In this document: in pieces, positions 60,710-64,000 of the stretch | How the letters are laid out: every line of letters begins with the position of its first letter | Numbering within the stretch: the first letter of the stretch is position 1 | Assembly (NCBI RefSeq): GCF_006345805.1 | Contig: NC_042997.1 | Span: forward strand, 39,184,001 to 39,248,000 | Length of the DNA: 64,000 bases | From: Octopus sinensis | Taxonomy: Eukaryota | Reading direction: 5' to 3' | Notes under the pieces: model-generated | What the model was told of the DNA's origin: nothing | The model's database searches: none | Seen by the model: the letters and a program-made list of their open reading frames with translations, nothing else | Position numbers and translations under genes: made by a program

Positions 60710-61432
60710 TTAAAATAATTAAACATCCCTATAACCCGCATTCACGCTACACACCCCTTCAGACTAACTATAACTAACCATTATAATAACAATAATAAAA
60801 GCTGTAAACATGGACATTAAATCAATGTTAGGTGTTGTCTGAAGATAAACTTGTGTATAGCAGTAAAAAAAAAAAAAAATCAAAAGTAAATGAATGGAAT
60901 TATTTAGATATGGAAACTATGCATGAGAACAGATGTTCCTAAAATATTAGTTATAGATTAATTTACTAATCTATAATGTTCGTATAATTGAATAGCTTCA
61001 TTATTTATTTCCAGTAGTAAAGAAAATGCTGCAGAGAATTGAACACTTGATGAAAGTTGTTTAGAATGATTAATTAGGGTATCTCTCATAGGTAATCAAT
61101 GTTAATGAAATGAAACAGGTTAATGCTGTATGCTTGCTTATACAGCCATTCTAAAGAAACGGTTTCAGCTTTTCAAGTTTCCAATTTTAATTAAAGTGTT
61201 TGCAACTACAGAGGGTTTCCAATAAATACAACTACAGCAGAAATATTTCTCCTGCCTTCATAATTTATTCAACATTCGGTATATTGTGTGAGGATAGTGA
61301 ACGCTAATTTTCAATATGCTGGTAATTTTGTTGCTGAATAAATCTAGGCATTTGATATAAATATTGACTGAGATCAATGGTGTGAAACTGAGTCACACAA
61401 CCCTTTTATGGGAACCTAAGGCAGAAATCACT

Positions 61433-61463
<31 letters not shown>

Positions 61464-61471
61464 AATGTTAG

Positions 61472-62064
61472 CCCTTTTGATACCAGCCCACCTGAGACCA
61501 CCCCAATATTTGTGATGCAAATTCCCTGTTTAACCCTTTAGTGTTTGAACAGGCCATATCCAGTCCAAATATTTTGCTTTCTGTTCAAACTGGCCAGACG
61601 TGGCCTCTAACGCACATGCCCTACAATATCATTGTAAAAATAAGCAATCATCATCATCATCGTTTAACGTCCATTTTCCGCGCTAGCACGGGTTGGACGG
61701 TTCGACCGGGGTCTGGGAAGCCAGGGGCTGCACCAGGCTCCAGTCTGATCTGGCAGAGTTTCTACAGCTGGATGCCCTTCCTAACGCCAACCACTCCGCG
61801 AGATCACAACATTGAAATCTCAAAGCTGAGATATAATGTATCATTAATTCAAAACAATGTGACTGAATAAGCATTTCATTTCACTGAATAATCTGAATGT
61901 TAAGTGATCTAAATACAAATTTCCTATCAAAATTCCATATTAATTTATGTTCCAAACACCAGATTAATTAATAATGACAGTTATTTTACTAAATTCCTCA
62001 TTACTTTCAAAATCAATTAAAACAAAGGTAGCATATTTCTGTGGAAATATGGTAACAAAAACGG
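61472..62064 (-). mobile_element. composite MITE: M3 containing M2 (61534 to about 61900), which contains D (61649-61802)
   Basis: Same nesting site (CCTGTTTAA) as at 36557 and 13923. Confidence 0.78.
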
Positions 62065-62078
62065 TTTAAAATGATACT

Positions 62079-62282
62079 CTCTTTACTCTTTTACTTGTTT
62101 CAGTCATTTGACTGCGGCCATGCTGGAGCACCGCCTTTAGTCGAGCAAATCGACCCTGGAACTTATTCTTTGTAAGCCCAGTACTTATTCTATCGGTCTC
62201 TTTTTGCCGAACCGCTAAGTGATGGGGACGTAAACACACCAGCATCGGTTGTCAGGCAATGCTAGGGGGACAAACACAGACG

Positions 62283-62340
<58 letters not shown>

Positions 62341-62502
62341 TACAACAGGCTTCTTTCAGTTTCCGTCTACCAAATCCACTCACAAGGCATTGGTCGGCCC
62401 GGGGCTATAGCAGAAGACACTTGCCCAAGATGCCATGCAGTGGGACTGAACCCGGAACCATGTGGTTGGTTAGCAAGCTACTTACCACACAGCCACTCCT
62501 GT
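62079..62502 (-). mobile_element. SINE family A
   Basis: Full-length reverse-complement copy. Confidence 0.9.
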
Positions 62503-62804
62503 GCCTTATAAAGGGGAATTAAAAACTTCAATAGTAATATAAGTGTTATCAAGTATTAAATAGTAGGATTAGCACCAACAAGGATATTGATATATGTGTG
62601 AAGATAACTTGGTTGTTTTTTTAATCATAAATCATTGAGTTCAGTTTGTTTCTTTCTCCCTTTGTTAAAACTGTGTGTAGTTCAAATGTACAAAAATCAG
62701 AAGGTAGACAGGTGAGGAAAGAATAAACAAAAGTATTAGTTTGATGCTCAGGAATACACACACACACACATATATATATATATACATACATATATATATA
62801 TATA

Positions 62805-62970
62805 TAGGGAGAATTCACAAAAAAAAACAAAAGATGAAGACAGGTGGTGTAGACAACAAACAGATGTATTAGTTTAATGCTTGGGAAGTGAAAAAGTCTT
62901 TGTTTCGAGCCTATGCTCTTCCACAGAAAGGAACAAGGAGAGAAAATAAAGAATATGTAGTGGCTATACA
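62805..62970 (-). mobile_element. Penelope-like pseudo-LTR fragment with a degenerate hammerhead motif
   Basis: Minus strand CTTT-CTGTGGA-A-GAGC-ATAG-GCTC-GAAAC-AAAG; embedded in TA/CA microsatellite like the 34635 element. Confidence 0.55.
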
Positions 62971-63192
62971 TATATATACATATACATACATACATAATAT
63001 ATATATATATATTTATATATATATATATATACATACACATACATATATATACACATACATACACACACACTTATATATATATATATACATATGTACATAC
63101 ATATATATATATATATATATATTTACATACATATATATTATATGCGTGTGTGTGTGTGTATGTGTGTGTGTATATATATATAGATATATATG
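62970..63192. repeat. compound (TA)/(CA)/(TG) microsatellite
   Basis: Direct reading. Confidence 0.95.
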
Positions 63193-63199
63193 TAGTGAA

Positions 63200-63535
63200 G
63201 GCGCATGGCTCAGTGGTTAGAGCGTCGAGCTTACGATCGTGAGGTTGTGATCTCGAATCCCGGACCGGGCTGCGTGTTGTGTTCTTGAGCAAGGCACTTT
63301 ATTTCACGTTGCTCCAGTTCACTCAGCTGTAGAAATGAGTTGCGACGTCACAGGTGCCAAGCTGTATCGGTACTTGCCTTTCCCTTGGACAACATCGGTG
63401 ACGTGGAGAGGGGGGGGCCGGTATGCATGGGCGACTGCTGGTCTTCCATAAAACAACCTTGCCCAGACTTATGCCTCAGAGGGTATCTCTCTAGGTACAA
63501 ACCCATGGTCAGTGCCTGACCGAAGGGGGTTTTAC

Positions 63536-63540
<5 letters not shown>
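63200..63540 (+). mobile_element. SINE family F (tRNA-Arg-like head)
   Basis: GGCGCATGGCTCAGTGGTTAGAGCG A box, CTTACGA anticodon-like loop (ACG), TCGAATCCC B box, and a TGTGTTCTTGAGCAAGGCACTT conserved-domain-like motif. Sits within (TA)n. Confidence 0.8.
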
Positions 63541-63587
<47 letters not shown>

Positions 63588-64000
63588 ATACACTCACATA
63601 CACATTTTTTTAAAAGTCTATGGGAATTACTTAATACAGTTTTTGAAGTGTAAAGGTGATTTTTTTTAAAAAAAGTTATTTTTTAAAAAATGTTATGAAA
63701 TCTTTTATGAGGATGTTACTAACCTTTTTGGGGGGAAGAAGATTTTTTCTAGTAGATGTAAAGCACAATTTATTCGTAAACTGAGGTACTAGTGTACTAA
63801 ATTAATATGAGAAAGACAGGAGATTTATTTGTGATCAGAGTTGTTCAAAAACCAACGTTCTACTGTATATATATATATATATATATATTCCTTGGGGCTG
63901 GCCGGATCGGAACGATCTCAAGATTAATCAGCCGAAATTCCGAGGATGATCCGGTTATTGACTGAAGATTGGAGGTTTCGAATGACCTGTCCGTTTTTTG

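Noticed and set aside
62621-63292. Long YI/CV-rich ORFs (also at 28366-28826)
   Set aside because: Translations of (TA)/(CA) microsatellites.
63890-64000. CpG-rich sequence after (TA)n at the window end
   Set aside because: Probably the start of another young element, but it is truncated by the window edge and too short to classify.

Overview
This window is AT-rich eukaryotic DNA dominated by interspersed repeats. The SINE families look like those of an octopod cephalopod (Octopus); this is recognition from memory, not a database search. It reads as intron or intergenic sequence. I found no rRNA, no true tRNA gene, no CRISPR array and no intact long CDS. Nearly every ORF in the supplied track comes from SINE or microsatellite sequence. 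Retroposons: about 20 copies of a tRNA-headed SINE (family A), about 20 copies of a (TGA)n-tailed retroposon with an internal 67-bp minisatellite (family D), four further SINE families (B/C, E, F, G), 3' fragments of R4/Dong, RTE and CR1 LINEs, and Penelope-like pseudo-LTR pieces. DNA transposons: a decayed mariner, an internally deleted piggyBac, piggyBac/hAT/Tc1 MITEs, three non-autonomous Helitrons and a Helentron-type element. The most interesting signal is a set of minimal type-I hammerhead-ribozyme folds. Two sit in a 219-bp tandem dimer at 34.6-35.0 kb (retrozyme/Penelope architecture). One sits inside a tRNA-headed SINE arranged head-to-head at 35.7-36.1 kb, and there are degenerate copies at 12.4 and 62.9 kb. 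Other notable observations are an R4/Dong fragment embedded in an (AAT)n microsatellite, a 40-bp target-site duplication, and a MITE-in-MITE composite that recurs three times. A few isolated exon-like segments suggest a host gene, but I could not assemble or name it.
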